From Rhynchopus sp. YZ270_cl-10 (taxonomy: Eukaryota), in NCBI GenBank assembly GCA_964035575.1, contig OZ037844.1, positions 558,001 to 622,000 of the forward strand: DNA of 64,000 nt, in the 5' to 3' direction. The position numbers and the translations under genes are program-made. This document shows, piece after piece, positions 11,815 to 23,486 of the stretch. Below the pieces are notes generated by a model, which worked only from the letters and a program-made list of their open reading frames with translations, was not told the origin of the DNA and ran no database searches. The number at the start of each line of letters is the position of its first letter. The stretch's first letter is position 1.

Positions 11815-12406
11815 AATGGGTGCAGAGGGAGACGGGATGCGGAACACCTGAAGGGGAGGGAAAAAATAGTCGGATCGGGTAGGGTTTTCGTTGATTGCAC
11901 AAAGAGGAGAAAAGTGTGTTTTTTTGATAGTTGGAGTGTAGTTGCCTCGGTTGTGTTGCCACAGATGTGCAATCTCCACTTTCAATTTTTTGAAAAATAA
12001 ATTCAAAAGTTCTGGTAGGCTATACCTCTCCTTGCGGCGGCTTCTGGTGGGATGCTCGTACAAAGTGTGGTGCTGGTGGCGCGGGCATCAATAGGGCAGC
12101 CATTGTGGTTGAAAAGGGGAAAAGAAGGGAAAGAAAGCAACGGGGGATGACGGGGAGGTGTACTGTCTGTGTGTTTGATGGGTGTGTTTTTTGTAGTTTA
12201 GTTGTCAAGACTTATTGTGCGGGAAGGGAACCAGGCTCTCACTACTTAGTACAAAAAAAAGCAAAAATAATTCTCTGCAAAGTCGTTCATTTTGTTTGAT
12301 TAAACCCCGACAGTGGAAACTGACGCTCAGAGAAAACGAAGTAAAATACCCCGAAATATGTACGGAGCCGGTATGTCAAATGCCATTTCACTACGAAAAA
12401 AAGTTG

Positions 12407-12503
12407 AAAACAAAGCCCTCTCGTGAACAGTGTACCTTGGACATGGCTGTACCGGGGGTGGACACCCCAACCGCAGGTCCTATATCCATTTCATGGTTTA
12501 CAT
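12407..12503. repeat. Dispersed module D (AAATACAAAGCCCTCTCGTGAACAGTGTACCTTGG...CCGGGGGTGGACACCC...CCATTTCGTGGTTTACATC); copies at about 12407, 15467, 18120, 20561, 23981, 25145
   Basis: Six co-oriented copies of variable completeness. Two start within ~40-75 bp of the stop codons at 12546 and 25275. Confidence 0.85.
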
Positions 12504-12545
12504 CAAAAAGGGTCACTTGCATGCAGGGACGGTGGAAACTGATAT

Positions 12546-14270
12546 TCATTCCCTCGTCAACGTGTGCCGCAGGATGTCAGGTGTCTCAGAAGGAACCACA
12601 CGCACAGGAACCTTCATGCTGCTCACGTGTGCAGCATCCGTCACTGCAGAAGCAGTCACCTCGTTCCTCAAGTATCTGCGCACTGCTATGTTGTACGACT
12701 CCCACGGCTTGTCACCACCGATCATGTACATCCACTCATCGCTTGCCACCGTGGCGCGAGGCTCCTCAGGAACAAGCAACTCAGCAACAACACCACCTTC
12801 GCCATCAGCAGACACTTCCACCCTGCAGGGAACCAAACGCAAGTTGTGTTCGCATTCAGCATCGCTGAAGCAGATGCGGTTGCACAGCACGTCACAGCCA
12901 AACACACGGCCAGCACGTTCAATGAGGTGCACATCGCGCACAAGCGCACCCACCATGCTGAAGCGGCGCATCACCTCACACCCCATGTCACCACGCAGCA
13001 CCTTCCCAGTCGCTATCCCGATGTTGAAGTGTGCAGACAAGTCATTGCTGCTTGTCCGAAACAGCATTGTTGCTGCATGCAGTGCTGAGGTGGCGTGGTT
13101 TGCACACCTCCGTGAGACGTTGAACGAGCAGTGGATCCTGTCCCCCACAAAGACGTCCACCATCCCGTGCCTTGTTGCTGTTGCAGTCAATGCGTGCGAA
13201 AGAACTGCTGTGAAGAGCTCAGAGAAGCATGCGTGGTCCTCTACCACAATACGCAACGTGTCTTTGATGTTCACTGTCAACAGTGTTGCCTCTGCTGAGG
13301 CAAGACCCAACACACGCAAGACCGTCTCATTTGGCTTCACAAAGCCGGAGCTGTTTGAAGTGCCGCTACTTGTCAGAGAAAAACTATCACTTTGCTGACA
13401 GCTGTCGTCATCCTCCTCAAAGGGCAGACACGTCTTCGGGAGGTACGCCTTGTACACACGCAGGTTCTGCTCCAACCTCCGCAGTGCCGTCGTCATCCCC
13501 TCAGGCAGCTGGTGTTCATGTGTTGCCAACAGCTCCGCCACCTGCTCCACGTCGTACCCCGCAAGCAGCGAGGCGATCTCCTGCACAGCGTTGATCGTAC
13601 GCTCCATTGATGCCTGCTCTTTCAGAACGTCACGTGCAAATCCTCGTGTTGCGATGAAGTCCATCACGAATACGGATGCTGCAAGCAAAAAAAATCGGAC
13701 ACTTGTACCAAGGGTCATTGTGCATGGCGGGGACGTGCAGGAGGCCTTATTTTCCAAAAGGAATCTCCTACCCCGTTCACCCTCCTGCGGCACTAGGCCA
13801 GGTAAGTCGAGGAGCCCAAACCTGAGGGTCTCCTCAGCCGCTATCATCACAAGGTAGCACAACGTGCACAGCACGAGAAGTGAGGCGAAGCGCTCCTGCA
13901 CCTCCATCACAAGCAGGAAGTCCACGACGAGCACAAGCATCGGCCACGTCCTGTTTGCAGTGCATCGTGCCGACAGGTCCAGCGCCAGTATCACTACCCC
14001 GAACGCTCCACAAACCAACATCACCAATCTCTCCGTCAGCGGGCCCTTGCAGAGCATATACACAACCAGACACAAGCTCATGAAGAACTGCGCCAGTAAA
14101 GCCGCCACCGACACGAAACGCTCAAAGAGGTTCGTGTTCACATAGCTGAGCAAGGCAATGCCGGTGAACGCTGCAGTGCCAGACATAAACAGCAGGAACA
14201 GCATCCGCTTCTTGCGCTCCTTCTTGTCCAGTGTCCCATCCAGCGACAGCACACCTTCGAGCCACCCCAT
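12546..14270 (-). CDS. Multi-pass membrane protein with a degenerate class III adenylate/guanylate cyclase domain
   Basis: 574 aa. About 5-6 N-terminal TM helices and a coiled coil, then cyclase-like motifs LLTVNIKDT, VDVFVGDRIHCSF and IGIATGKVLRGDMG...FSMVGALVRDVHLIE. Confidence 0.8.
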   Translation of the reverse strand: MGWLEGVLSLDGTLDKKERKKRMLFLLFMSGTAAFTGIALLSYVNTNLFERFVSVAALLAQFFMSLCLVVYMLCKGPLTERLVMLVCGAFGVVILALDLSARCTANRTWPMLVLVVDFLLVMEVQERFASLLVLCTLCYLVMIAAEETLRFGLLDLPGLVPQEGERGRRFLLENKASCTSPPCTMTLGTSVRFFLLAASVFVMDFIATRGFARDVLKEQASMERTINAVQEIASLLAGYDVEQVAELLATHEHQLPEGMTTALRRLEQNLRVYKAYLPKTCLPFEEDDDSCQQSDSFSLTSSGTSNSSGFVKPNETVLRVLGLASAEATLLTVNIKDTLRIVVEDHACFSELFTAVLSHALTATATRHGMVDVFVGDRIHCSFNVSRRCANHATSALHAATMLFRTSSNDLSAHFNIGIATGKVLRGDMGCEVMRRFSMVGALVRDVHLIERAGRVFGCDVLCNRICFSDAECEHNLRLVPCRVEVSADGEGGVVAELLVPEEPRATVASDEWMYMIGGDKPWESYNIAVRRYLRNEVTASAVTDAAHVSSMKVPVRVVPSETPDILRHTLTRE

Positions 14271-14762
14271 CTATGTTATGTATGTGTAACTTCCTGTTGT
14301 TGAGTACTAGCTTTGAGCCACGCCTTTTGAGACCATCACTGTCTTGACACCTTGTGTATGGCATCGCCTACCAGTCTACACATAAGAAGCTTACCATAAA
14401 AGGTAAGAACAATGAAACAAGGGAAAGACAGAAATTGACGTTTGGCCTGGGACCTAGCTGAGTTATGCGAAAACGTTTAGTGGAGTAGGTAATTATTTAA
14501 TGTACTTGCGGACAAAATACTCAGGGCACGTAATTGAATTTCAAAGGGAATAGATCTCTCTTCTTTTTTTTTCGATAATTTGTTGGATTATGCGTGGCAG
14601 CCGTGGACAGTGTTCACTGTATTTTTTGACAAATCACCTATTACAATTTTTTTTTTGTTTTTGTAACGTTGTTGTTTTTCTTTTCTTTTTTGTTGTGTCC
14701 GCAAGCCCCAACACCTCACCATCAAGGTATTGGGTATGCTAAGAAATACAAACTTACAAAGA

Positions 14763-14868
14763 GAAGTTGAAAGTGCAAACGCCTCACCGTTCATCGGCGG
14801 ACGCAGACACTGGGACAAAAAAAAATAATGTTCTCCGCGGGGGTATCAAACCCCCAGAGAGCACTTCA
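14763..14868. repeat. Dispersed module A (GAAGTTGAAAGTGCAAACGCCTCACCGTTCATCGGCGGACGCA.ACACTGG, often followed by TTCTCCGCGGGTTATCAAACCCCCAGAGAGCAC); copies at about 8184, 10759, 14763, 23244, 24231, 24428, 40506, 40629, 56041, 57458
   Basis: About ten co-oriented, variably truncated copies read from the sequence. Confidence 0.85.
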
Positions 14869-15761
14869 TTGGTATATACACAAGATAAATCTACCAATCA
14901 TGAAAATCGTGCATACACACACACACACATTGGGGCCATATTCTGAGCAAGAATTACCCCTACTAGTTATCAAACACACACACACACTACCCCCTTCTAC
15001 CCCCACAGCCAATTTTTTTTTTTACTGCCCACGAGGTTCGTTTTGTTACCAGAAAAAAAAATGTCATTTTATTGTGTATCGACAAATCAACCCAGACGGG
15101 TTCTGTACAACAAAGTCGCCCAAAGGTTAAATGAATTTCAATAAATGAGTTTCAGAGGTATAGATGCAGATCATCAACCCAGTGAAGATTATTGTAAGTC
15201 TTTTAAGACAACACATGGTTGCTTATTTAACCTCTTTCCTATAATGACTCTCTTGTGGGTTCGATACTAAATAAAAACACATCTTTTTTGCCCAGAAAAT
15301 GCCATGGTTCTGAACTAAAAGAGGGTGGGGAGAAGAAACAAAAATTTATAAGACGAGTCCTAAGAAAATAGGAATAGCTGGCGTGATTGGAGCGCAAGTT
15401 TTTTTTTTGCAAAGTCTTTTACCAAGTGTTCACAGGGTAAAGGGTGTCAAAAAAAAAGTTGGCTTGAAATACAAAGCCGTCTCGTGAATAAGTGTACCCT
15501 TGGTACAATGACCGGCTGTACCGGGGGTGGACAAACCCAACCATTTTGTGGTTTACATCTGATATGTGAAAAAAATAGGGGTGAAATAATCCCGACCAAA
15601 TTTTTACAAAGTCTTTATGGTGTGCACTGCGACCCTCTCGACCACCAATAGTTGTTGATGCCTTACGGCGTCCAGTAGGATAACAATGGTAACTCCATTG
15701 CTAATACCTGTCCGAAAAATTCCACTCAGATTCCACCCAATGAGTTAACGCTTATTGGGCT

Positions 15762-16766
15762 GAGAGGGATGCAGTTGACCGAAACGAAAACTAACGCTAG
15801 CAATAGCAGTGGTTCTTTGGATGAAACAGGTCAACCGAGCGATAGCACACAGAGAGGGATGCAGTTGACCGAAACGAAAACTAACGCTAGCAATAGCAGT
15901 GGTTCTTTGGATGAAACAGGTCAACCGAGCGATAGCACACAGAGAGGGATGCAGTTGACCGAAACGAAAACTAACGCTAGCAATAGCAGTGGTTCTTTGG
16001 ATGAAACAGGTCAACCGAGCGATAGCACACAGAGAGGGATGCAGTTGACCGAAACGAAAACTAACGCTAGCAATAGCAGTGGTTCTTTGGATGAAACAGG
16101 TCAACCGAGCGATAGCACACAGAGAGGGATGCAGTTGACCGAAACGAAAACTAACGCTAGCAATAGCAGTGGTTCTTTGGATGAAACAGGTCAACCGAGC
16201 GATAGCACACAGAGAGGGATGCAGTTGACCGAAACGAAAACTAACGCTAGCAATAGCAGTGGTTCTTTGGATGAAACAGGTCAACCGAGCGATAGCACAC
16301 AGAGAGGGATGCAGTTGACCGAAACGAAAACTAACGCTAGCAATAGCAGTGGTTCTTTGGATGAAACAGGTCAACCGAGCGATAGCACACAGAGAGGGAT
16401 GCAGTTGACCGAAACGAAAACTAACGCTAGCAATAGCAGTGGTTCTTTGGATGAAACAGGTCAACCGAGCGATAGCACACAGAGAGGGATGCAGTTGACC
16501 GAAACGAAAACTAACGCTAGCAATAGCAGTGGTTCTTTGGATGAAACAGGTCAACCGAGCGATAGCACACAGAGAGGGATGCAGTTGACCGAAACGAAAA
16601 CTAACGCTAGCAATAGCAGTGGTTCTTTGGATGAAACAGGTCAACCGAGCGATAGCACACAGAGAGGGATGCAGTTGACCGAAACGAAAACTAACGCTAG
16701 CAATAGCAGTGGTTCTTTGGATGAAACAGGTCAACCGAGCGATAGCACACAGAGAGGGATGCAGTT
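15762..16766. repeat. Tandem array: 11 identical 90-bp units plus a 15-bp partial unit
   Basis: Unit GAGAGGGATGCAGTTGACCGAAACGAAAACTAACGCTAGCAATAGCAGTGGTTCTTTGGATGAAACAGGTCAACCGAGCGATAGCACACA. No substitutions seen between units. One frame is open on each strand. Confidence 0.98.
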
Positions 16767-18536
16767 CAGGCACCTCCGACTGACCCACGTTGACAGCCAT
16801 TTGGAGAAAAAAAAAACTACAACAAACGAACAAAGTTACACAAAGACCCCGAGAGCTACAATACCACAGAAGGGTGTAAAAGGAAACCTAATACATGCCC
16901 GTACCGTGGTGTAAGCAATAATAATTTGAAAAAGAAAAGTGGGGGAGGAAAGAAACAAAACAACAACCTGGAAAGAGAATGTTAAGAATGCAATTTGAAT
17001 TGCAACGTTTTAAATAAATACTTTTTTTTTTGAAAGACAGATGTGCTTTTGTGCACACCAATCTTATAAATGAATTGGGAAAGAAAAAACGACCTGTAAA
17101 ACGCATTTTTGGGGTTTTGTTAGGGGTTCCCGCCCTGCCCTAGACCCTGTCATTACTTTTTATTTGAGAAGGGAATGAGCACGCGCCTTTTGTAATCGAG
17201 TACATAATGTAGTCACCTCCCCTGGCCTTTTGGGGGGTTCTGGAGCAACGCACCTTACCCCAGGGTGTGACAGGGACAGCCAACAATTCAAACCCAGCGT
17301 GTTCCCGCACGACCCCACCTGTGCCTTGGTGCGTCTCCCTGCATAGCCCCGTGCACTCCCAACACAAACCCGCTTCCCAACAGATGCCTGACACAACAAG
17401 CAATGTGCTCACTGCACTCAAACATCGTAGTCCAACACACAACTGCCCCTTTCAGAGCAACTTACTCACTTCACAGATTTCACTAATTTCAAAACAAAAT
17501 ATTTTTTTTTTCGAAGTGTGATAAATCTCTTCTTGAACACTATCCACAACACAAAAAATTCGTACAAAATAAAACAGGCGGAGAAGGTGAAGGATGAGGA
17601 ATTCCTTTCGAGAGCAAAAAGAAAGACAAGATAATAATAGAAAAGATGAAAGTGCCTGTAAACACCTTTAATAGAAATGCGGTTGGTGGACACAAAAAGA
17701 ATGTTATTTTTTGCTTTCTTTTCTTTATCGAAAAAGATAAAAGGAAGAAAAAAAAACGTTTTCGTGTGTTCACTCTGATAGGAGAAGAAGGAGAGCCACC
17801 GGAGTGGTAGGTAATTGTCGCAAATAAGATACTGAAAGGAGAAGTGACATCTGCACTTTCAAAAAAGAAAAACAAGAAAAAACAGCCCGGTCACTAAGAG
17901 GGTGGGCCCTATTTTCGGACAAAAAAATTTTTCCCCAAAATCTGGGGTAAAATTAACCTGATCACAGTACATCCATTCCACAAGCGTTATCTAGTCCCCC
18001 AACACCAAACAAAAAACTAGAAAGTCACACTAGAAAGAAGGGGTTTTCTAATGGTTGTTGAGCACCAAACCTTAAAGCAACGATGCGATGTTGGAGGGGG
18101 TTTGTGAAAAATAGAGTTGAAATACAAAGCCCTCTCGTGAACAGTGGACCTTGGTATGACCGGCTGTACCGGTCTGGTGGACACCCAAACCATGCAGTCC
18201 TACCAATCCATTTTCGTGGTTTACATCTGATGGAAAATGTTTGTTTTGAAAGTCTGTTTGGGGGGGTTACCAGGGAAGGAAACAAACAAGAGAGAATATT
18301 TTTGGACTTGAAACCATAGTTCGTAGTCCGCCGGAGTCCGCCAAAAAAAATTTCACCAAGACCCGCCCGAGTTGAGACGGACCTGAGACGGACTCAGGCA
18401 AACTCCGCCCGAGTCCGCCCGAGTCCGTCTCAGGTCCGTCTCAGGTCCGTCTCAACTCGGGCGGACCTGAGACGGACTCGGGCGGACTCAGGCGGACTCG
18501 GGCGGAGTTCGCCCGAGTTGGGGTACGAACACCCTC

Positions 18537-18871
18537 CATGGTTGTACAAAGTACTCGAAGAGTATCGAGTACTCGAAAACGAAAAAAATAGGCCACTCGA
18601 CACTCGAGTACTCGCCCGACCCATTTTTTTTTCTCTTCAATTTACTCGTTCTGGCACTCGAGTACTCGAACGAGTGAAAAAAGTGGGGGGAAAAAAAAAC
18701 AGTACTCGGCCGAGTACTCGAGACTTTTTTCTACTCGTTCGAGTACTCGAGTGCCAGAACGAGTAAATTGAAGAGAAAAAAAAATGGGTCGGGCGAGTAC
18801 TCGAGTGTCGAGTGGCCTATTTTTTTCGTTTTCGAGTACTCGATACTCTTCGAGTACTTTGTACAACCATG
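18537..18871. mobile_element. Near-perfect palindromic MITE B (335 bp), TIR CATGGTTGTACAAAGTACTCG..., 6-bp TSD ACCCTC
   Basis: Arms are near-perfect reverse complements, rich in CGAGTACTCG. ACCCTC is duplicated at 18531-18536 and 18872-18877. The opposite arm of host A (about 20010-20050) shows the empty site with one ACCCTC. Confidence 0.95.
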
Positions 18872-19005
18872 ACCCTCACTCCATTTTCCACCTTGGGATG
18901 CTGCCCCACCCCTCAAATAAAAGTTTCGCCCACCCCATCCCCAGTAAACCATTTGCGCAGGAGTTGTTTGTATTTTAATTTTTGTATTATTATCATTGTT
19001 ATAAA

Positions 19006-19860
19006 TATACATAGCGCTCTATTTAGAGTATTAGGGTATACTTAGAGTCTGGGATTTTGGGCCAAGTCAGTTAGAGTCCAGTTAGAGTATAATTAGAGTC
19101 GCTTTTCTTCAATTAGACTATAATTAGAGTGAAGTTAGAGCATAATTAGACTCCAACTACACTCTAATTATAGTCTAATTAGAGTAAAACAACAGGCTTC
19201 TTGTAGGTGCAAACGCCGTAAGGAACCGGTTCCCCTAAGGTTCCTCTGTAGGACCCAGGTGCCCAGGTACCCACATAGCTGAAAATAAGACTTGGGGAAC
19301 CGAGTTCTCAGCCGGACTGGGACACAATATGTGAAGGCGCTGTGGGTCCGCCTGAAAGCGGGTCGGGGACCCGGTCGCGGGAGGGTGGGGGCCTAGTCCT
19401 AGTCCTACTGTACCTAGTACCCAGTACCGGGACTCGGGACCCGGCTTATTCTCAGCTATGGGTACCCAGGTACTCAAACCCGCGCAGTGGCACATGCCCT
19501 CAAGTGTGAGTGACCCACACATTAGGGAATGCGATGCAAAAACTCTATGTGCACCTTCGGTGCAACGCCGCAGACAGGCCAAGCAGCGTTGGACTCAGAG
19601 GAATGCCTGCTGTGCAGGTATCAAACATGAGAACCAACTCCCAGCAACAAGGGGCGCCTTTTGGCGGGCGTTATTGAAGGTGTTTGGGGTGCAAAGTTTT
19701 CTACAAATGTTGATGCGCGGGTACAGAAGTGGTGTCTTGTTCTTTCATCTGTAGGAATGTAAATGTCAATCGAATTTAACTACCACTAAGGGGTCGAAGG
19801 GGTAATCCCAGTTTCAACGGCTGTGTTGACGGGAAATCTATAGCGAGCATACGTTCATTT
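19006..19860. mobile_element. Second, 3'-truncated copy of element C inserted in the centre of element A
   Basis: Colinear with 2827-3676 (TATACATAGCGCTC... to ...ATACGTTCATTT). Preceded by TATAAA, the reverse complement of TTTATA. Right TIR absent. Confidence 0.9.
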
Positions 19861-20710
19861 ATTATACCTGGATATTACCAGCTATATAATTCAAAAATAT
19901 AATACAAACAACTCCCTGCGCAAATGGTGTACTTTTCGCTTTCTTCATAGACATTGGGATGGGGTGGGTGAAAATTTTGCATTTGCTGAGGGATGGGGCA
20001 GTATCCCGAGGTGGAAAATGGAGTGAGGGTGGTCGTACCCCAGCTCGGGCCCGAGTCCGCCCGAGTCCGCCGGAGTCCGCCCGACTCGGGCGGACTCCGG
20101 CGGACCTGAGACGGACTTTCAAAGTCCGCCAAAAGTCCGTCTCGACTCGGGCGGACTCCGGCGGACTACGAACTATGTGAAACACAAAAAAAAAAGCAGG
20201 TCGCCGGGGGGTGTAAGGCATTCTTCCGTGCAGAAGAGATGTAGGGAGAAATAAGCCTGAAAAGGTGAAAAGGGTTACACAAGAGTCTAATGGACAAGCA
20301 TGAATGTGTTTCCTTCTCCATTTTCGATACCTTCGGATGGCAGTATACCATCAGAAAGGTAGGTCATGAATACGGAGGTGGAGGGTTTGCTGACCATTTC
20401 TTGTCTGGCTCACCGTTTTCAGGGTACCAAAAAAAAATAATTTGTTTGGTCGAGAATCAAAAAAAGTTGTTTCATATACTAACTATTCTACTGAATAGAA
20501 GGTATAATGGGGTGCACTTATCTTTTGGTAGAGAATCAAAAAAAAAGAAAAAAGTCTTGAAAATACAAAAAGCCCTCAGTGCCCGGTGTACCGGGGGGTG
20601 GACCCGGGTGGACCCCAACCATGCAGTTCTCTGACCCATTTCGAGGTTTTACATCCGAAAAAGAAGAGTTTTTTATGTGAATATGAACCTGGGCCTCTTG
20701 ATTCCCTAAA

Positions 20711-20980
20711 CCTAAAATCACAAAAAAATGTAACTATTGAAATACAAGTGAAGCCCGAAGCCCGTGTGTACCTGGACAATGGGGAAAAAAGGGGGGGTAT
20801 TATAAGCCTCTTGTGCTGAGTCACCTGAATTTGAAGCAATTTGAAGCGTGTTGGGAATTTACTACTTTTTCAAAATCAGAGGTGGGTCACCCTAAAATCA
20901 CAAAAAAAAATGTGACTATTGAAAACACAAGTGAAGTCCGAAGCCCGTGTGTACCTGGACAAGGGGGAAAAAGAGGGGGT
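20711..20980. repeat. Local direct duplication of ~88 bp (20711-20798 and 20892-20980)
   Basis: CCTAAAATCACAAAAAAATGT.ACTATTGAAA.ACAAGTGAAG.CCGAAGCCCGTGTGTACCTGGACAA.GGGG occurs twice. Confidence 0.85.
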
Positions 20981-21574
20981 AAAGCTCGTTTGTAAGGTGA
21001 TTCTAATCCTATTGTTGGTTATCCTGTTTTTTTATCTAAAAAAAAAAGTGGATATTGTTCTTATGCAGAAACTACTTTTGTAGGAAGTAAATTGGTGTTT
21101 TTCTTCTTCTTCTTTTTTTTGTTTTTCGCGTCCCACACAATAAAGGAGGTCTTGCGTTAAATGTACAGCGCACTGTGCTCGAGCCAACGCTTTCTGGGGT
21201 GATCTGATGTGTGGTGAATGCCATGAAGCTTAAAAGCTAAAAGAAAAATCGATAAAGGCAAATTTGAAACGTATCGTCATGAGAATTGACGCAGAAAACT
21301 TTGAAAAACTTTAAAAATTACATTCTATTCTACTGAATAGAATAATAGGTGCACTAAATGTACCCAAACCAGTGATGTATATAGGTATCTGTATGTGGGA
21401 CCAAATCCCACAAAAAATCGAAAAAAAAAAAAAAAACTATAGAATTTCGGGATTTTTTGCAATTTTTACCTTACCTTACAGGACTCTAAGAGGGGTCCCG
21501 AAGGGACTCCAGAGCAACGCGACCCCACCATGAAGAGCACGGTCGTCAAGAAGCCTAAAAAACGAGTCGGGATT

Positions 21575-21768
21575 CCGCAAAAAGGGGTTCTCTGAGTGAC
21601 TCGTGGTGTAAAAAGCTAGATTTTTACACCGTACCATGAATTTTTTTTCGCCTGCGGCGCCATTTTATATTATTTTTTTTTGCTTCGCAAAAAAAAGTAT
21701 TGTTCCCAGTGTCTTCCTTGTCAGCAGTGCTGAATTTTGGGGCAAAAAACAAGCTGATCCCGATCTTG
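21575..21768. repeat. Inverted partial copy of the interior (about 32715-32912) of the hAT-like element
   Basis: Reverse-complement homology, including TTTTCGCCTGCGGCGCCATTT and GTCAGCAGTGCTGA. Confidence 0.75.
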
Positions 21769-23438
21769 AAATCTGGATTCCTGGATAAGACACTAGTTTT
21801 CCACACACAAAAACAATGACTGCCTCACACAAAACTACCGTTTTGGTGGGTGCTAGCTATATAAAACCCTGCACACAACCACGCGAAAATCCAAAAAAGG
21901 GGGTTTCCCACATATTTCCCCCTTTACTGTACCCCCACCACCCCTATATACATTACTGACCCAAACTTGAAAAAAAAAAAAAAATCATAGATTGAAGATG
22001 AATGTACCTCTTCTGCATCATAGTCAGTCGTCCACCAGAAGTTTGATGTCCAAAAAAGCATGTCAAATTACTCTAAAAAAAGAAATCCATTCGCTGGTGT
22101 GACTTGAAACCCAAATTCCCCGTACTTCTTTCTATCGGGTTGAATGTGTTTTTATGAAGTTTTTGATATGTTTGCTTTGTGCTCTTGCTTTCTGTATTTT
22201 CCCGTCTGGTTCCGACCACACCATCTGCAAAACTTATTTTTACACCAAATTTTTGGACGACTGCATTATGAGGGGAAAGCTTTGTGTGCATTTTTTATTG
22301 CAAAAGGGATCATTGCTGAAGCAGAAGAAACCTGGCGTTTAAACGTTGAGGGTAGGGAGGGATGTGTCCTCATACGCATAGCGAATATACCGTATACGGA
22401 ATTTTGTTGGATCGGACAAATGTCCTAAAGTTCTATTTTCGGCGAAAAGCCCTCTCCTTCGGCCGAAAGTCCCAAAACTTGTCCGATTCAAAAAAAAAAA
22501 TTCAGTGAGATGAACGAAAGAAAGATTGCAATGCGCATATCAAAAATAATAAAACCTACATTCTTGAGCTCTTCTATACGAAATGATTTTCATTGGACGC
22601 ATCCCCGTACGCGTTCCGCTTCGTCTGTTGAAAACAAAAAGAAAAAAGAGGCTGAGGGGGAGAGGCTGTGACATAATCTGCTATTGTTTTGGGCAAAAAA
22701 AAAAAAAATCGAAACTCAAAAAGAAGTCTCCTTTAAAAAGATCGTATTGTTTGTGTGCTCAAAGCCGGAAAACAAAAACGTGAAAAAATTGTGTTAAACT
22801 GAAGTACGGTTGTTGTGGTTAATTGAGTACTCAAAAAGAAAAAAACAAGCGAGCTTCTGTCTTTTTCAATCCGTTTTGTTTGCCCTGCAGCTGCCTCCAA
22901 TCTTTTTAGAATTGACAACACGTTGTTTTATCAAAAAAAAAACAGCAATAAAAAAATGAAGTGATAGTGCCTCGGAAACGCCTCTGTACGACGCAGGCAC
23001 TGACACTCCGCGGGTTATCGAACCCCCGGAGCTGCACTCGGGAGATACTGACAGGAAAACTGCAAAGCAAGCACACATTTCCCCCCCTGATTAGGGGGCA
23101 CCGTATTCGTACAAAATTTATCGACATTATGGTCAAACATTAGTACAGCCGATAATTTGCACGAATACGACGGTAACTACATGATTTTAAAGACTAAAAA
23201 AAGACATGTGTCCTGGAACACAATTTCGCAAATACCCTCCAAAGAGTTGAAAGCATGCAAACTTCCTCACCGTTCATCATGCTTCTCCATGGGTTATCGA
23301 ACCCCAGAGAGAGAGAGAGAGAGAATCAGGGGAAAGAAAGTCTTCGGAAAGCCTTTTCGACGTAACCTTCTTTTTTGGTTCGATTCCACCAAAACAAGTA
23401 AGAGATTCTAGCAGTACCACAACGAAGCATTTATTACA

Positions 23439-23486
23439 TACTGTGGGTGTTATAACGTTATCGATAACGTTTTAACACCCACAGTA
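23439..23486. repeat. 48-bp palindrome (1 mismatch)
   Basis: TACTGTGGGTGTTATAACGTTATC|GATAACGTTTTAACACCCACAGTA. Confidence 0.9.

Larger units (their letters stand above)
18315..20177. mobile_element. Foldback/MITE host element A with TIR CATAGTTCGTAGTCCGCCGGAGTCCGCC and 6-bp TSD TGAAAC, carrying two nested insertions
   Basis: TIR starts at 18315 and its reverse complement ends at 20177. TGAAAC lies at 18309-18314 and 20178-20183. The arms stay complementary inward to about 18990/19885, with many GAGTCCGCC/GGCGGACTC subterminal repeats. Confidence 0.92.

Noticed and set aside
11815..12063. N-terminal extension of the 10972 ORF
   Set aside because: It has a non-ATG start and crosses a pyrimidine tract and repeat module B.
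15788..15830. Spliced-leader RNA gene array (AACTAACGCTA match)
   Set aside because: Only 11 nt match. The conserved CAGTTTCTGTACT.TATTG/GT part is missing and a 90-bp unit is too short for an SL RNA gene plus promoter. Kept only as a remark.
15762..15851. Hammerhead or hairpin ribozyme in the repeat unit
   Set aside because: No CTGANGA core on either strand, and the resemblance to the hairpin ribozyme lacks the essential loop A residues.
15762..16766. CRISPR array
   Set aside because: Units are identical end to end with no unique spacers, there are no cas genes, and the context is eukaryotic.
15745..16914. 362-aa (-) and 381-aa (+) ORFs as genes
   Set aside because: Both are open simply because the 90-bp unit lacks stops in those frames. 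The minus ATG region is part of dispersed module E, and the plus ORF is antisense to all other genes.
18430..19012. Mirror-image ORFs on both strands (YKVLEEYRVLENEK...)
   Set aside because: Artefact of the palindromic MITE B.
23370..23395. tRNA (GGTTCGATTCC T-loop motif)
   Set aside because: No acceptor, D or anticodon stems can be built around it.
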